A stretch of DNA of 41,569 nt from IMG/VR virus record IMGVR_UViG_3300031993_000032. One strand, written 5' to 3'. A model generated the notes under the pieces. It did no database searches. It was not told the DNA's origin and was given only the letters and a program-made list of their open reading frames with translations. Source of the DNA: a virus. Lineage: Duplodnaviria; Heunggongvirae; Uroviricota; Caudoviricetes. The position numbers and the translations under genes were made by a program. Below are positions 27,771 to 36,350 of the stretch, in pieces; position 1 is the stretch's first letter; the number at the start of each line of letters is the position of its first letter.

Positions 27771-28103
27771 CTAGTATTCCTTGATGTCGTAGCCACACAG
27801 AACGTTCATGGCATCCTCGATGCCCTGGTCGATACGTCCGCATGCCTCGGCGACCTCACGAAGGATGTCTTCTGCTTGAGGCTCACGATGGTCAAACTGG
27901 TTCAAGAATGAGCGTTCACAGAGCACTCCCACGTCCGAAGGGTCACGGCATTCGTTCGTCAGCACGAAGTAGCCTTCTTCCGGATGCACCGTTGCCGAAA
28001 CATGTTCGTAGTTGCTAGTGTAGGTCAGCACTCCGTCGGATTCATGATCCCACACAATGCCTTCGGATTCTAGCTTCTTTAGTAATTCGTCTGTGAATTC
28101 CAT
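27771..28103 (-). CDS. Acidic hypothetical protein
   Basis: AAGGAG RBS. Confidence 0.8.
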   Translation of the reverse strand: MEFTDELLKKLESEGIVWDHESDGVLTYTSNYEHVSATVHPEEGYFVLTNECRDPSDVGVLCERSFLNQFDHREPQAEDILREVAEACGRIDQGIEDAMNVLCGYDIKEY

Positions 28104-28205
28104 GTCGATTCTCCTTGTTTTGGTTGTGGTTGATATAAAATGGTAGGGCAGTCCCGCCGTCGGCGGAACCAGTCCTTTGTTGATATACTGTGAATAACTT
28201 GTTGA

Positions 28206-28577
28206 TTACTTGTTCGGAAGTTTCGCGTCCAGTAGACGCTTCATTTCTGCAATCGACTTGGCAGTAATATTCGAGCCTTCAATCGCCCAGAAGTCAGTCG
28301 ATCCGATTCGGGTCAGATTGCCGTTGTGACGGCGAACGATCTCGATACGAACCTTATCTTCCTTCGGATAGAAGTCGATCTCGTAATCGTAGGTCACGTC
28401 GTCGTTCTCGAATATGAGACCGTGGATGAACACTTCTCCGTCGTCATTGGAGTCACAGCTCGGAGAGCCGAACTTCATCCCCTTAAAGGCAGGGAGCAAG
28501 TAAGACTGGATTTCCTTCATGAGCGTCTGGTCGAAGCACTTGACTGCGGACAAAAATTTTATTTCTCTCTGTTTCAT
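28206..28577 (-). CDS. Hypothetical protein, paralog of 36351-36722
   Basis: EIKF...YLLPAF..MKFGSP...GEVFIHG...RRHNGNLTRI...FWAI shared pattern. Confidence 0.8.
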   Translation of the reverse strand: MKQREIKFLSAVKCFDQTLMKEIQSYLLPAFKGMKFGSPSCDSNDDGEVFIHGLIFENDDVTYDYEIDFYPKEDKVRIEIVRRHNGNLTRIGSTDFWAIEGSNITAKSIAEMKRLLDAKLPNK

Positions 28578-28579
28578 GG

Positions 28580-29158
28580 TTAGATCTCCTGTGCTTTAAT
28601 GATTTTGTCGATTAACGGCTTTGCCTTTTTGAGTACAGCTCTCGCTTCGTCCTCACGTTCCTTGGCGGCACCAAGCATTTCTTTGATATCCGCATCGAAA
28701 GCGTCCTGGGCATCCTTGATCGCAGTCAGCGGCGAGAAATAGACTACATAGTCCGAGCTAGATTCGATCTTTACACCTTCAGTTTCCGGCACGTCATCGT
28801 CGTCTGCTCCGTTGAACAAGGTAAACTTGCCTTCCTTGGACACCTTGCGCCATTCAATTTCACGAGTGCGATCGTTCCAGAGAAGGATTGAAGCCGGATA
28901 CTCTTCGGTAGCCTTCGGACGTAACGTGATAAGCTTCTGTGCGGCCTTCTTGAGATTGGCGTCATTCGTCAAGTTGATGAACACGGCCTTGTCCATGTTG
29001 TAGCGGCCTTCCCTGTAGATCTCGCCGAAGGCGCTGTTTTTTTCGGTCTTGCTGTGTTCCACGAAGCGACGGTCAGTCACGCTGTAGATATGGAAATACG
29101 GAAGTCCGGTCATGAAGCTTAATACCGGAATGAGCTTTGCCTTGGAAGATATTAACAT
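28580..29158 (-). CDS. Hypothetical protein
   Basis: AAAAGGAG RBS. Confidence 0.8.
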   Translation of the reverse strand: MLISSKAKLIPVLSFMTGLPYFHIYSVTDRRFVEHSKTEKNSAFGEIYREGRYNMDKAVFINLTNDANLKKAAQKLITLRPKATEEYPASILLWNDRTREIEWRKVSKEGKFTLFNGADDDDVPETEGVKIESSSDYVVYFSPLTAIKDAQDAFDADIKEMLGAAKEREDEARAVLKKAKPLIDKIIKAQEI

Positions 29159-29235
29159 GATTGAACTCCTTTTGATTAGGTTGTGCCCCTTGTATAAGGG
29201 AATAAGGCAGTCCCGTGGACGGGACCGCCAGTCCG

Positions 29236-29994
29236 CTAGAACTTGGTGATCAGTTCCTTCGGCTTCTTAAGGAACTGAATGGACTCGGTGTCACCTCGGT
29301 CGGTAGCCGCCTTGATAGCCGCCTTGATGGCCTGGTCTCTCTGTTCGGCCTTCCAGTAAATCTTGCTAGAAGAATTGCATCGGCGTCCGTAACTGATGAA
29401 GAATCCAGTACCGCCGTGGTTACAGCCCAGGCCGAACGTGGTGTACGTGTACAGAGGTTCTTCCGTCTGTTCCCACAGAACGCCCTTGAATACCACGAAC
29501 TGCTTTACGAGCTTCTTGACTTCGGCAAGTCTTTTCGTGTAGTCGTCTCCGACCACGATGGACTTTTCCAAGTCGAACTGCGGATCGTCCTTCGGCTGTC
29601 CGACAAAGCAGAATGCGGAACGGTTCTGGAACCAGTCAACCTCGTTGGCAACGTGTTCCTTGGGGTTCACGAACGAACGTGCGATTACGGAGCCGTAGCC
29701 GTGACGGACTGGCTTGTAGAGCTTGTTCTTGTAACGGCGGATAGTCTCCGTGAACCACATGCCCCTGCCGCCGTCGCCGTGATGGCAGAGTTCCCAGGCT
29801 TCCTCGTTGTCACGCACCTTCGGCAATACGGTCTGGTAGTCACGCACCTTGTATGCGACTGGGAAATCCCTTTCGTCGAGCACGTCCTTCACGTAGACTG
29901 CATAGTCAATAGAAAGCACTCGGTCACGAACCTTCGTGCAGCGCACGTTCGGATAGAAATACTGTTTGTACTTGAATGTAACTATTACGTCCAT
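29236..29994 (-). CDS. Hypothetical protein
   Basis: AAAAGGAG RBS before MDVIVTF. Confidence 0.8.
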   Translation of the reverse strand: MDVIVTFKYKQYFYPNVRCTKVRDRVLSIDYAVYVKDVLDERDFPVAYKVRDYQTVLPKVRDNEEAWELCHHGDGGRGMWFTETIRRYKNKLYKPVRHGYGSVIARSFVNPKEHVANEVDWFQNRSAFCFVGQPKDDPQFDLEKSIVVGDDYTKRLAEVKKLVKQFVVFKGVLWEQTEEPLYTYTTFGLGCNHGGTGFFISYGRRCNSSSKIYWKAEQRDQAIKAAIKAATDRGDTESIQFLKKPKELITKF

Positions 29995-30063
29995 GGTTAA
30001 TCTCCTTTTGGTTGTGTCCTTGGTATAAGCAGACAAGGCAGTCCCGCAGACGGATCCGCCAGT

Positions 30064-30267
30064 CTACTTGTCGAGATCCTTCGCTATTCCGAAATAGATG
30101 ATGAACGACGGCACTAAGATCTGCACAAGAATCAGCACAATGCCGACAAAGACATCGAATGCGACCTTCTTGTCCAGAGTGTCCATGTACGGAATGAGGA
30201 TGAAAAAGCTGATGGCTAGGCATGCGGAAGCCGCCGCCAGAGATACGAATTTCTTGACAACCTTCAT
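30064..30267 (-). CDS. Small two-TM membrane protein
   Basis: AAGGAG RBS; two hydrophobic helices. Confidence 0.75.
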   Translation of the reverse strand: MKVVKKFVSLAAASACLAISFFILIPYMDTLDKKVAFDVFVGIVLILVQILVPSFIIYFGIAKDLDK

Positions 30268-30276
30268 AATTACTCC

Positions 30277-30504
30277 TTATCCGTATAGTGCTTCGATACA
30301 CTCGTCCAACGAGTCACCACCGCCGACATATGCCCCTTTACCGCAGTCAAAGATACTCCAATGGTCTTCCTGGCGAATCAGCTTGATTAAGGGGTCTGGT
30401 AGCTCGACGATCCGTCCGGATGTCGATTCGTGGACTTTACTGGGGTCAAATTCCACCTTCTGCGCCTTCAGCGCATCTATTACGGTCTGTTCGACTTGTG
30501 TCAT
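30277..30504 (-). CDS. Hypothetical protein
   Basis: AAAAGGAG RBS. Confidence 0.75.
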   Translation of the reverse strand: MTQVEQTVIDALKAQKVEFDPSKVHESTSGRIVELPDPLIKLIRQEDHWSIFDCGKGAYVGGGDSLDECIEALYG

Positions 30505-30530
30505 ACGTAACTCCTTTTAAAGAAAGAAAT

Positions 30531-30581
30531 GCCCCACAGACTTGACAAACGAAAAACTTACTGAAACCAAGTCTATGGGGC
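30531..30581 (-). terminator. 14-bp stem, 23-nt loop, followed by U-rich run (terminator/processing site)
   Basis: GCCCCATAGACTTG...CAAGTCTGTGGGGC-ATTTCTTTCTTT on minus strand, one U-G pair. Confidence 0.55.
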
Positions 30582-30595
30582 ACCCACAGGAAAAT

Positions 30596-31462
30596 TTATT
30601 TCGTGTAGCTGAACTTGTCGGAGCTTCTGTCGTAGCTCCACTCGCCATCGGAAGCGCTAGTCAGCCACTCGGCAAGGTCTGTCTTGTCATCGTCATAGAC
30701 GATTACGGTAGGATGGGCGTACTTGCGGATGTCCTTCTCGGTGTCCACCTCGAAGTAGGCTTTATCCACGAAATCGTCCAGATTCACGATTCCAAAAATG
30801 TTTTCGATGCCGTTCGCCTTGCCGAACTCGTCAAGGAACTTCCTTGCGATCACTTCCTTGTCAACGAGGTCGGTACACCAGACCCAAGAATCCATTTCGC
30901 CAGCTCCACCGGCATAGCGGCCAGAGCTGTACTGGCCCTGTTCCTCGTAGGCGTAAACGTCGATCGTGACATCTGGGTACAAGTGAGAGAGCTTCTCGAT
31001 GAACTCACGAGGCACGTTCCATGCCGTGTCGAAATTGATCACGAGATCGTCTCCGACCCAAGCAAGCCTAGTCTTGCATGCGTCCCACTTCGTGCCCCAG
31101 TTGTCGCAGTTCCAGTCGTACCAGTTGAACACGGTGGCACAGTTGTGCTCCTTGCCGTTCTGGTAACGCGGATCGTCCTTCTGCTGAGGGGCGAAGTTCT
31201 CGAACGAGAACACGTCCTCCTTGCCGAACACGTCGATCATCGGAATGCGGCCTTCCTCGTCCGGAACGATGTCCTTGTAGCGGTCGATAAGGCCGTTCAC
31301 GAGTTCTTCCTTGTAAAGGCTGTTCTTGTACTGCTCTCGGATGTAGTCTGGCACGGACATGCCCTTCGGAACCGTATAGTAAGGCTTGCCCTTCTTGGCT
31401 ATTTCTTCGAGAGTGGATTTGTCGCCCTTGATGACTAGCTGATTATTCACCCAATTCGGCAT
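30596..31462 (-). CDS. DUF1281/YubB-like ferredoxin-fold protein
   Basis: MPNWVNN start, WYDWNCDNWGTKWD and FDTAW motifs; AAGGAG RBS. Confidence 0.75.
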   Translation of the reverse strand: MPNWVNNQLVIKGDKSTLEEIAKKGKPYYTVPKGMSVPDYIREQYKNSLYKEELVNGLIDRYKDIVPDEEGRIPMIDVFGKEDVFSFENFAPQQKDDPRYQNGKEHNCATVFNWYDWNCDNWGTKWDACKTRLAWVGDDLVINFDTAWNVPREFIEKLSHLYPDVTIDVYAYEEQGQYSSGRYAGGAGEMDSWVWCTDLVDKEVIARKFLDEFGKANGIENIFGIVNLDDFVDKAYFEVDTEKDIRKYAHPTVIVYDDDKTDLAEWLTSASDGEWSYDRSSDKFSYTK

Positions 31463-31832
31463 AGTGGTCTCCTTTGCTAGTAGTTTCTGTAACCTTCTCG
31501 CAATCCTCGATATCGTCCAACGGCAGTCCCGTGGGATGCTCGTCAGTCGGATACAGTTCAGCCGTGTGGCTTGCAAGCCAGTCGAGGAACGCCCTCATGA
31601 GGTTGACCTCCTCGGCTGTATAGGCCAGGAACGTGTCCGACATGTTCGGCGTGATGAACGAGAAAAATTTCTTTCCGTCTGGCGTGAAGTAGATGAAAAC
31701 GTCCACCTTGGTGGATCCGTCCCTACTTTCCACGAAGAAGGCTCGGCAAAGGGTGCCCTCTGGGTAAGTTTCCCCATAAGGACCTCTGTCAGCCCTCGCC
31801 AACGGGGTTTTCATCTCGAACTGCATCTTCAT
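31443..31832 (-). CDS. Hypothetical protein containing a repeat element inside its 3' coding region
   Basis: TAATG coupling; element 31524-31548 within the frame. Confidence 0.7.
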   Translation of the reverse strand: MKMQFEMKTPLARADRGPYGETYPEGTLCRAFFVESRDGSTKVDVFIYFTPDGKKFFSFITPNMSDTFLAYTAEEVNLMRAFLDWLASHTAELYPTDEHPTGLPLDDIEDCEKVTETTSKGDHYAELGE

Positions 31833-32353
31833 TAGTCCCTCGCCTTGGTAAAGGGTGACTCGGTGTCAAGCTCGGTGACGGTACGGATGGTAGACTGGAG
31901 AGCGTTGTTGGCGTTCACCAAATTGTCTGCCCTCTCAAGCACCGAACGGATCTTCAAGAAGGCTAGCTCGAAGTCGAACTGGGTCTGGCCGTCAATCTTG
32001 AAGTAGCCGACTGGCATTGTGTAGTCAGTACCCAAGTTGCGGAACACGCTAAGACCATCGGTCATGCGGATGTGTACGGAAACGTGGCGTGTCTTCCTCA
32101 TGAATTCGCCCATGGGCGGAATGGTGAGACATGCGTGGGAATGCTTGGAGTAGATGTACAAGTTCTCCACGCAAGAGCCAGGGTATTCCACGGCCACCTT
32201 CATCTTGAGAGTGTCGGCGGACACCTTCAGCGCATTCGTGAACGCCTTCTTGTCCAAGGTGGTGCGGTCTACGCCGGAGAAGGCTATGAACTTGTCGTCC
32301 TTCAACAGCTTCTTCGTGTCCTTGATTATTTTTTCGAGATTATTGTCAGCCAT
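31832..32353 (-). CDS. Hypothetical protein
   Basis: AAAAGGAG RBS. Confidence 0.8.
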   Translation of the reverse strand: MADNNLEKIIKDTKKLLKDDKFIAFSGVDRTTLDKKAFTNALKVSADTLKMKVAVEYPGSCVENLYIYSKHSHACLTIPPMGEFMRKTRHVSVHIRMTDGLSVFRNLGTDYTMPVGYFKIDGQTQFDFELAFLKIRSVLERADNLVNANNALQSTIRTVTELDTESPFTKARD

Positions 32354-32374
32354 GGTAAAACTCCTTTTGCTATA

Positions 32375-32403
32375 AATATAACTCTTAATTTCGATTCTGT
32401 CAA
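32375..32403 (-). promoter_or_regulatory. sigma70-type promoter in tandem with a repeat element
   Basis: TTGACA-N17-TATATT; AACAGAAAA/TTTTCTGTT inverted repeat at 32402-32426. Confidence 0.7.
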
Positions 32404-32468
32404 CAGAAAAATTAAAATTTTCTGTTATATCTTGAATAAAAAGTGGGCGCAGTCCCGCCGATCACGGA

Positions 32469-33110
32469 TCAGTGGTACACGGCCTTCTTGAACATTTCCT
32501 CGGTCATGCGGTCAAGCAACGCACCGCAAGCCTCCACCCTACCGAAGCACGTGCCGTCGTACTTCTTGCGGAGTTCCTTGCCGTCAGCACCGATACCTAT
32601 ATTGCCGTTCTTCAGCTTGTAGGCGATTTCCTTCTCGCTGATGTCTCGGAATGCGCCTACGAGGTGGCTGTCGTCGTCGGCTTCCCCATACCCAAGGAAA
32701 TAGACGAACACGGACGAGCTGCCCTCGACTGGCTTCTGTCCCACCCAGTAGTGTACATGCTCGTGCATGTAGTCCCCGAACTCCATGTCGGCATACTTCT
32801 TCATGATGGCTCGGACGGCCTCAACGTACTCGCCGTACCGCAAGAGCCATACGGACTTGATGTCTATGCTGACGCCCGCATACGGCATCCACATGTGGAC
32901 TGCGTTGCCTTCCTTCTTCGAGACGGTAAACTCGAATCCGGACACGTTGTACTGCGAAGCCTTCGTCTCGTGGCAACGGAACCTATATTCGAGCTTGCTG
33001 TTATCGTAGCCCAAAGCCAACTGTCCAATCAGCTCACGGATCTTTTCTGCCCCGTGCCTCAAGTAAAGCCTGTCTGGGCTGTAGCCCTTCCTTCCATGTA
33101 CGTGTGCCAT
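32469..33110 (-). CDS. Hypothetical protein
   Basis: AAAGGAG RBS before MAHVHG; stop overlaps the element ACTG. Confidence 0.8.
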   Translation of the reverse strand: MAHVHGRKGYSPDRLYLRHGAEKIRELIGQLALGYDNSKLEYRFRCHETKASQYNVSGFEFTVSKKEGNAVHMWMPYAGVSIDIKSVWLLRYGEYVEAVRAIMKKYADMEFGDYMHEHVHYWVGQKPVEGSSSVFVYFLGYGEADDDSHLVGAFRDISEKEIAYKLKNGNIGIGADGKELRKKYDGTCFGRVEACGALLDRMTEEMFKKAVYH

Positions 33111-33165
33111 ATTATCTCCTTTGGGTTGTGCATTCCCCATAAAGGGGCTAGGCAGTCCCGCAGAA

Positions 33166-33633
33166 CTAGCCGCCAGTCTTCCCCAAGAGTCCGTCAATCA
33201 GCCGCAAGTTGTCCTCTGCGCTCGACAGACAGTCGAAGTCGTGCGGCAATGCGTACAGAATCTGGCCGTCCTCGGCATTCTCCTCGGCATATCCGCATGA
33301 GTCGCTACGCATCCCACTCACCACCGAATCCGTAACGCCTTCGGCAATGTCACGGATGGCACCGCCAGAAGGCGACCATCCCTTCGGAACCCACGAGAGG
33401 TTCACGTATTCACGCTTCTCGCACTTCCAGTAGCGAAGTACAGCCCTTTCCGTCTCCGTCTTCACCTTCTTGAAGATTCTGTACGTGCCGTCATGCAGTC
33501 GGACGATGTAGTAGGCCCTTATCTTGAAATCGTCCGGTATGGCCACGCCGTCCACCAGGAAGGTGTACTCCACGCCGCAAGTCACCATGTTCGTGCAATG
33601 TCTCGGATCGCTCCTCATAAGAAATTCTCCCAT
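33166..33633 (-). CDS. Hypothetical protein
   Basis: Typical codons; ends GKTGG inside the element; start 33633 or 33618. Confidence 0.75.
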   Translation of the reverse strand: MGEFLMRSDPRHCTNMVTCGVEYTFLVDGVAIPDDFKIRAYYIVRLHDGTYRIFKKVKTETERAVLRYWKCEKREYVNLSWVPKGWSPSGGAIRDIAEGVTDSVVSGMRSDSCGYAEENAEDGQILYALPHDFDCLSSAEDNLRLIDGLLGKTGG

Positions 33634-33635
33634 TG

Positions 33636-33797
33636 TTAAAAATTATTTTCACAAGACCATCCCGCCATGCGGCTAGGATTCTCCTCGGTCAGCTTCACCC
33701 AGTCCACCGAAGAAAGCTTCTTCAGCGCACTCATGAACCGCTTCCTACTCTTGGTCTTGCACAGACGTAAAGTCTGCCGACCGTGAGCCTCGCCCAC
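33636..33797 (-). CDS. Possible 53-aa basic protein with atypical start
   Basis: Open frame with typical codons (GEAHGRQTLRLCKTKSRKRF...), but the first GTG is 18 nt from AAGGAG. Confidence 0.4.
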   Translation of the reverse strand: MGEAHGRQTLRLCKTKSRKRFMSALKKLSSVDWVKLTEENPSRMAGWSCENNF

Positions 33798-33895
33798 GTA
33801 GTAGACCGGACCCGACTCCTTGGTTAAAGGTTGTTAGTGTTTCCGTACCCATACATATACGCTAGGTGCAGTCCCGCCCACAGTACAATCAGTCC

Positions 33896-34261
33896 CTACT
33901 CGAACGTGACATCATCAAGGCAGACTCTTTCCCTAGTGTCCACCAAGTAGTGACTCTGGTCATATCGGTTAGTCAAGCTGTCATAGCCCTCGACTAGCCA
34001 CCTAGCGCACAGACCCTCATAGTATTTAGCCAACGAATCTCTGATATGCTCGTTCATGTATTCTTCTATACTATGGTTAGCCGCCCAGTTACCGCACACA
34101 TCCTCATAGTACAACTTCTTTCCGTAGCATATTCTGCTAGGCGCACTTACCCCATCGTCGCTACCGCACCCAGTAAATACTCCACAGCAGAACAGACAGA
34201 ACAGTACAACGAGTACCGTACCTACAACCGATTCCACGATAGTCTTTGTTTCATTATTCAT
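33896..34261 (-). CDS. Putative lipoprotein
   Basis: Hydrophobic leader ending VFTG-C-GSDD (lipobox-like); AAAGGAG RBS. Confidence 0.65.
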   Translation of the reverse strand: MNNETKTIVESVVGTVLVVLFCLFCCGVFTGCGSDDGVSAPSRICYGKKLYYEDVCGNWAANHSIEEYMNEHIRDSLAKYYEGLCARWLVEGYDSLTNRYDQSHYLVDTRERVCLDDVTFE

Positions 34262-34299
34262 AGTTTCAATTACTCCTTTGGAATGTTTTTACCCCATAT

Positions 34300-34914
34300 A
34301 TGCACAGCGGACAGTCCCGCACATAGGTCGGCCAGTCCCAGACTGTCCCCACAGTCCCCAACGGTCGCCCAACGTGGCAAAACGTGGGAAATAGTGGGAC
34401 ATTGTGGATATGTTGACAAAATGTTGATAGAGTGTGATTATAGTGGGAATAGGTATAAAAAATTTTTCCTTGTGTCGTACCTTGGGAACGAGTCGGAACG
34501 CAGACAGAACTGGTAGGCCGTTTGGGGCCTGGCTTGTTCTGAAAATTCCGGACTGGGGGGAAAGGGGCGGTTTCTGTATTAAATAGGCGCACAACGATCG
34601 GTCTGGGGTCTCGCGTGTGTGCCCTTTTCTTTCCCCTTCGGAATCCATGTGGCGAGATGTGCGGTGAAGTTAGCCCAGAGTAAGAAAGTTAGCGAATTTT
34701 GAAACATTCCCTAGATATTGTTTGAAGTGGAGACAAAATCCCAACATAGTGGAAAAGTGTCGAAAATGTTGATAAGGTGTTGATAAGTGTTAATTTTAGT
34801 TTACATAATCAAGGTTATCTCGCCGTGCTCAAATGAGCATTATAAAATGTATGGAAATTATAATAAAAATAAACTATATTTACATATAGAAATAAACCGA
34901 AAACGAGGAATGCT
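34300..34914. other. Non-coding strand-switch region with DnaA-box-like/iteron-like repeats (candidate origin or terminus)
   Basis: TGTTGATAA 34767 and 34778; TGTGGATAT 34403, TGTTGACAA 34411, TGTTGATAG 34422; repeated GTGG(G/A)A; AT-rich end. Confidence 0.4.
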
Positions 34915-35655
34915 ATGTCAACAATAGATTACTATACCGATGATGCCGAACGTACTTATCTAATAAGCCACGTATACCAGACTCCATACTTCGCCCCTGG
35001 TGAATTATCCAAGATTGAAAACTATGCCCAAGCGTTGGCAAATAATTTCGTTGGTTGGGTCATTCACCACAGATTAGAACTGAACCCAGATGGTAGCGTT
35101 AACAAACGTCGTGATGAATTAATACTATCAAACCAGTATTACTATCGTCCGGCAAATGAATTGATCTTTTTAACCAGTATCGAACATGGCAAACTACATG
35201 GGCACTCTATAAAGCCGAACCCCACTATAGTGTCACACGAAACGAGGAATAAACAGAGTAACGCCAAGTTGGTCGCCAATAACACCGAGGAACGTTACCG
35301 AGTAGTTTCTGCGTTGGTGGAGTCTGGCGAACTGTTATGCATGTCTGACTATCAGTTCTACCGTCGGTATTGCCAACGTAACGGCATAGCGTTTACTGGG
35401 GCAAAGGTTGACAAGAGTCATACGGTTAGTCGAGTCGATGTGCCGAAGGTGAATGTAACTAAAAATAAACAAAGTCGAACTGAACGTACTGAAGCTCGAT
35501 ATAAAGATGTCATGGAACGCTTAAATAATGGTGATGTTCTACCGATGAAGGAATTTTCGTTTCTCCGTCGGTATTGTGATAGGCGTCTCATAGACGTTCC
35601 GTCGATCATTATCGTAGACGACGGATTCAAATTAAAAAATATATCTGGCGTGTGA
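34915..35655 (+). CDS. HNH endonuclease with duplicated C-terminal module
   Basis: WVIHHRLE...YYRPANELIFLTSIEHGKLH; repeats TEERY...YQFYRRYC and TEARY...FSFLRRYC; lone plus-strand gene in the array. Confidence 0.7.
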   Translation: MSTIDYYTDDAERTYLISHVYQTPYFAPGELSKIENYAQALANNFVGWVIHHRLELNPDGSVNKRRDELILSNQYYYRPANELIFLTSIEHGKLHGHSIKPNPTIVSHETRNKQSNAKLVANNTEERYRVVSALVESGELLCMSDYQFYRRYCQRNGIAFTGAKVDKSHTVSRVDVPKVNVTKNKQSRTERTEARYKDVMERLNNGDVLPMKEFSFLRRYCDRRLIDVPSIIIVDDGFKLKNISGV

Positions 35656-35718
35656 TCCCATTATTTGGGAAATTTCCGGTCCCGTCGGAAACGTGCCAGT
35701 CAGTCGGCGCTGGAGGCC

Positions 35719-35751
35719 AAAAAAAGCCCCAGGTCCCGAAGGATCTGGAGC
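35719..35751 (-). terminator. Intrinsic terminator (cUUCGg loop)
   Basis: GCTCCAGATCC-TTCG-GGACCTGGGGC-TTTTTTT. Confidence 0.8.
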
Positions 35752-35814
35752 TTTTCCAACCAAGGAGAAAAAAGACTATATAACTGGAGTATGTTCTAAA
35801 CCGATCAACCGCCC

Positions 35815-36345
35815 TTAAAACAATTTATGTAGCTTGAGTTCGTTTTCCGCGATTTGGTCATGGATTTTATTGATTTTGTCCAAGTACTGCTGTTCTCTGT
35901 AGTTAGCAATGACTTTATGGATGAACCCTCTAGGGTCATCCAGGTCGGCCATGGCGCTATCTTTTGTGGACGCTTCCTCGAAGAGGACAGTATCACCTTC
36001 GTCAGCCAGAATCCGGCACATGAGAGCCGGGTTAGGGTCATTCTTGTCAGTATCGACGAATAGTCTTAGGTTTATGATAAGGTCCGGAAGATTAGCGATC
36101 CCTACTATATCGGATTCGAAAATTAATTCGGAGACATTATCGGACACGAACGGAGCGATAGGCGTAGGTCCATCCCCTAGGGCGAGTTTGAGTTCAGTAC
36201 CGAATCTATCCCCATAGGGACACTGTTGGTGCAGTCTGGCAATGAAAAGATCATTATCCAGCGGTTTACCGTTATCCTCTGGGAGTTGTCTGGAATTGAT
36301 CCAAGGGATAACGAGGTTATCTATAAAGGATTTGAGTCTGGACAT
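35815..36345 (-). CDS. Hypothetical protein
   Basis: AAGGAG RBS. Confidence 0.75.
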   Translation of the reverse strand: MSRLKSFIDNLVIPWINSRQLPEDNGKPLDNDLFIARLHQQCPYGDRFGTELKLALGDGPTPIAPFVSDNVSELIFESDIVGIANLPDLIINLRLFVDTDKNDPNPALMCRILADEGDTVLFEEASTKDSAMADLDDPRGFIHKVIANYREQQYLDKINKIHDQIAENELKLHKLF

Positions 36346-36350
36346 GATAC

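Noticed and set aside
22392-33335. Long plus-strand ORFs opposite the array genes (e.g. 29215-30000, 30542-31438, 32472-33335, also 39286-40029)
   Set aside because: Antisense shadows of genes with C/G-ending codons; no RBS or promoter support
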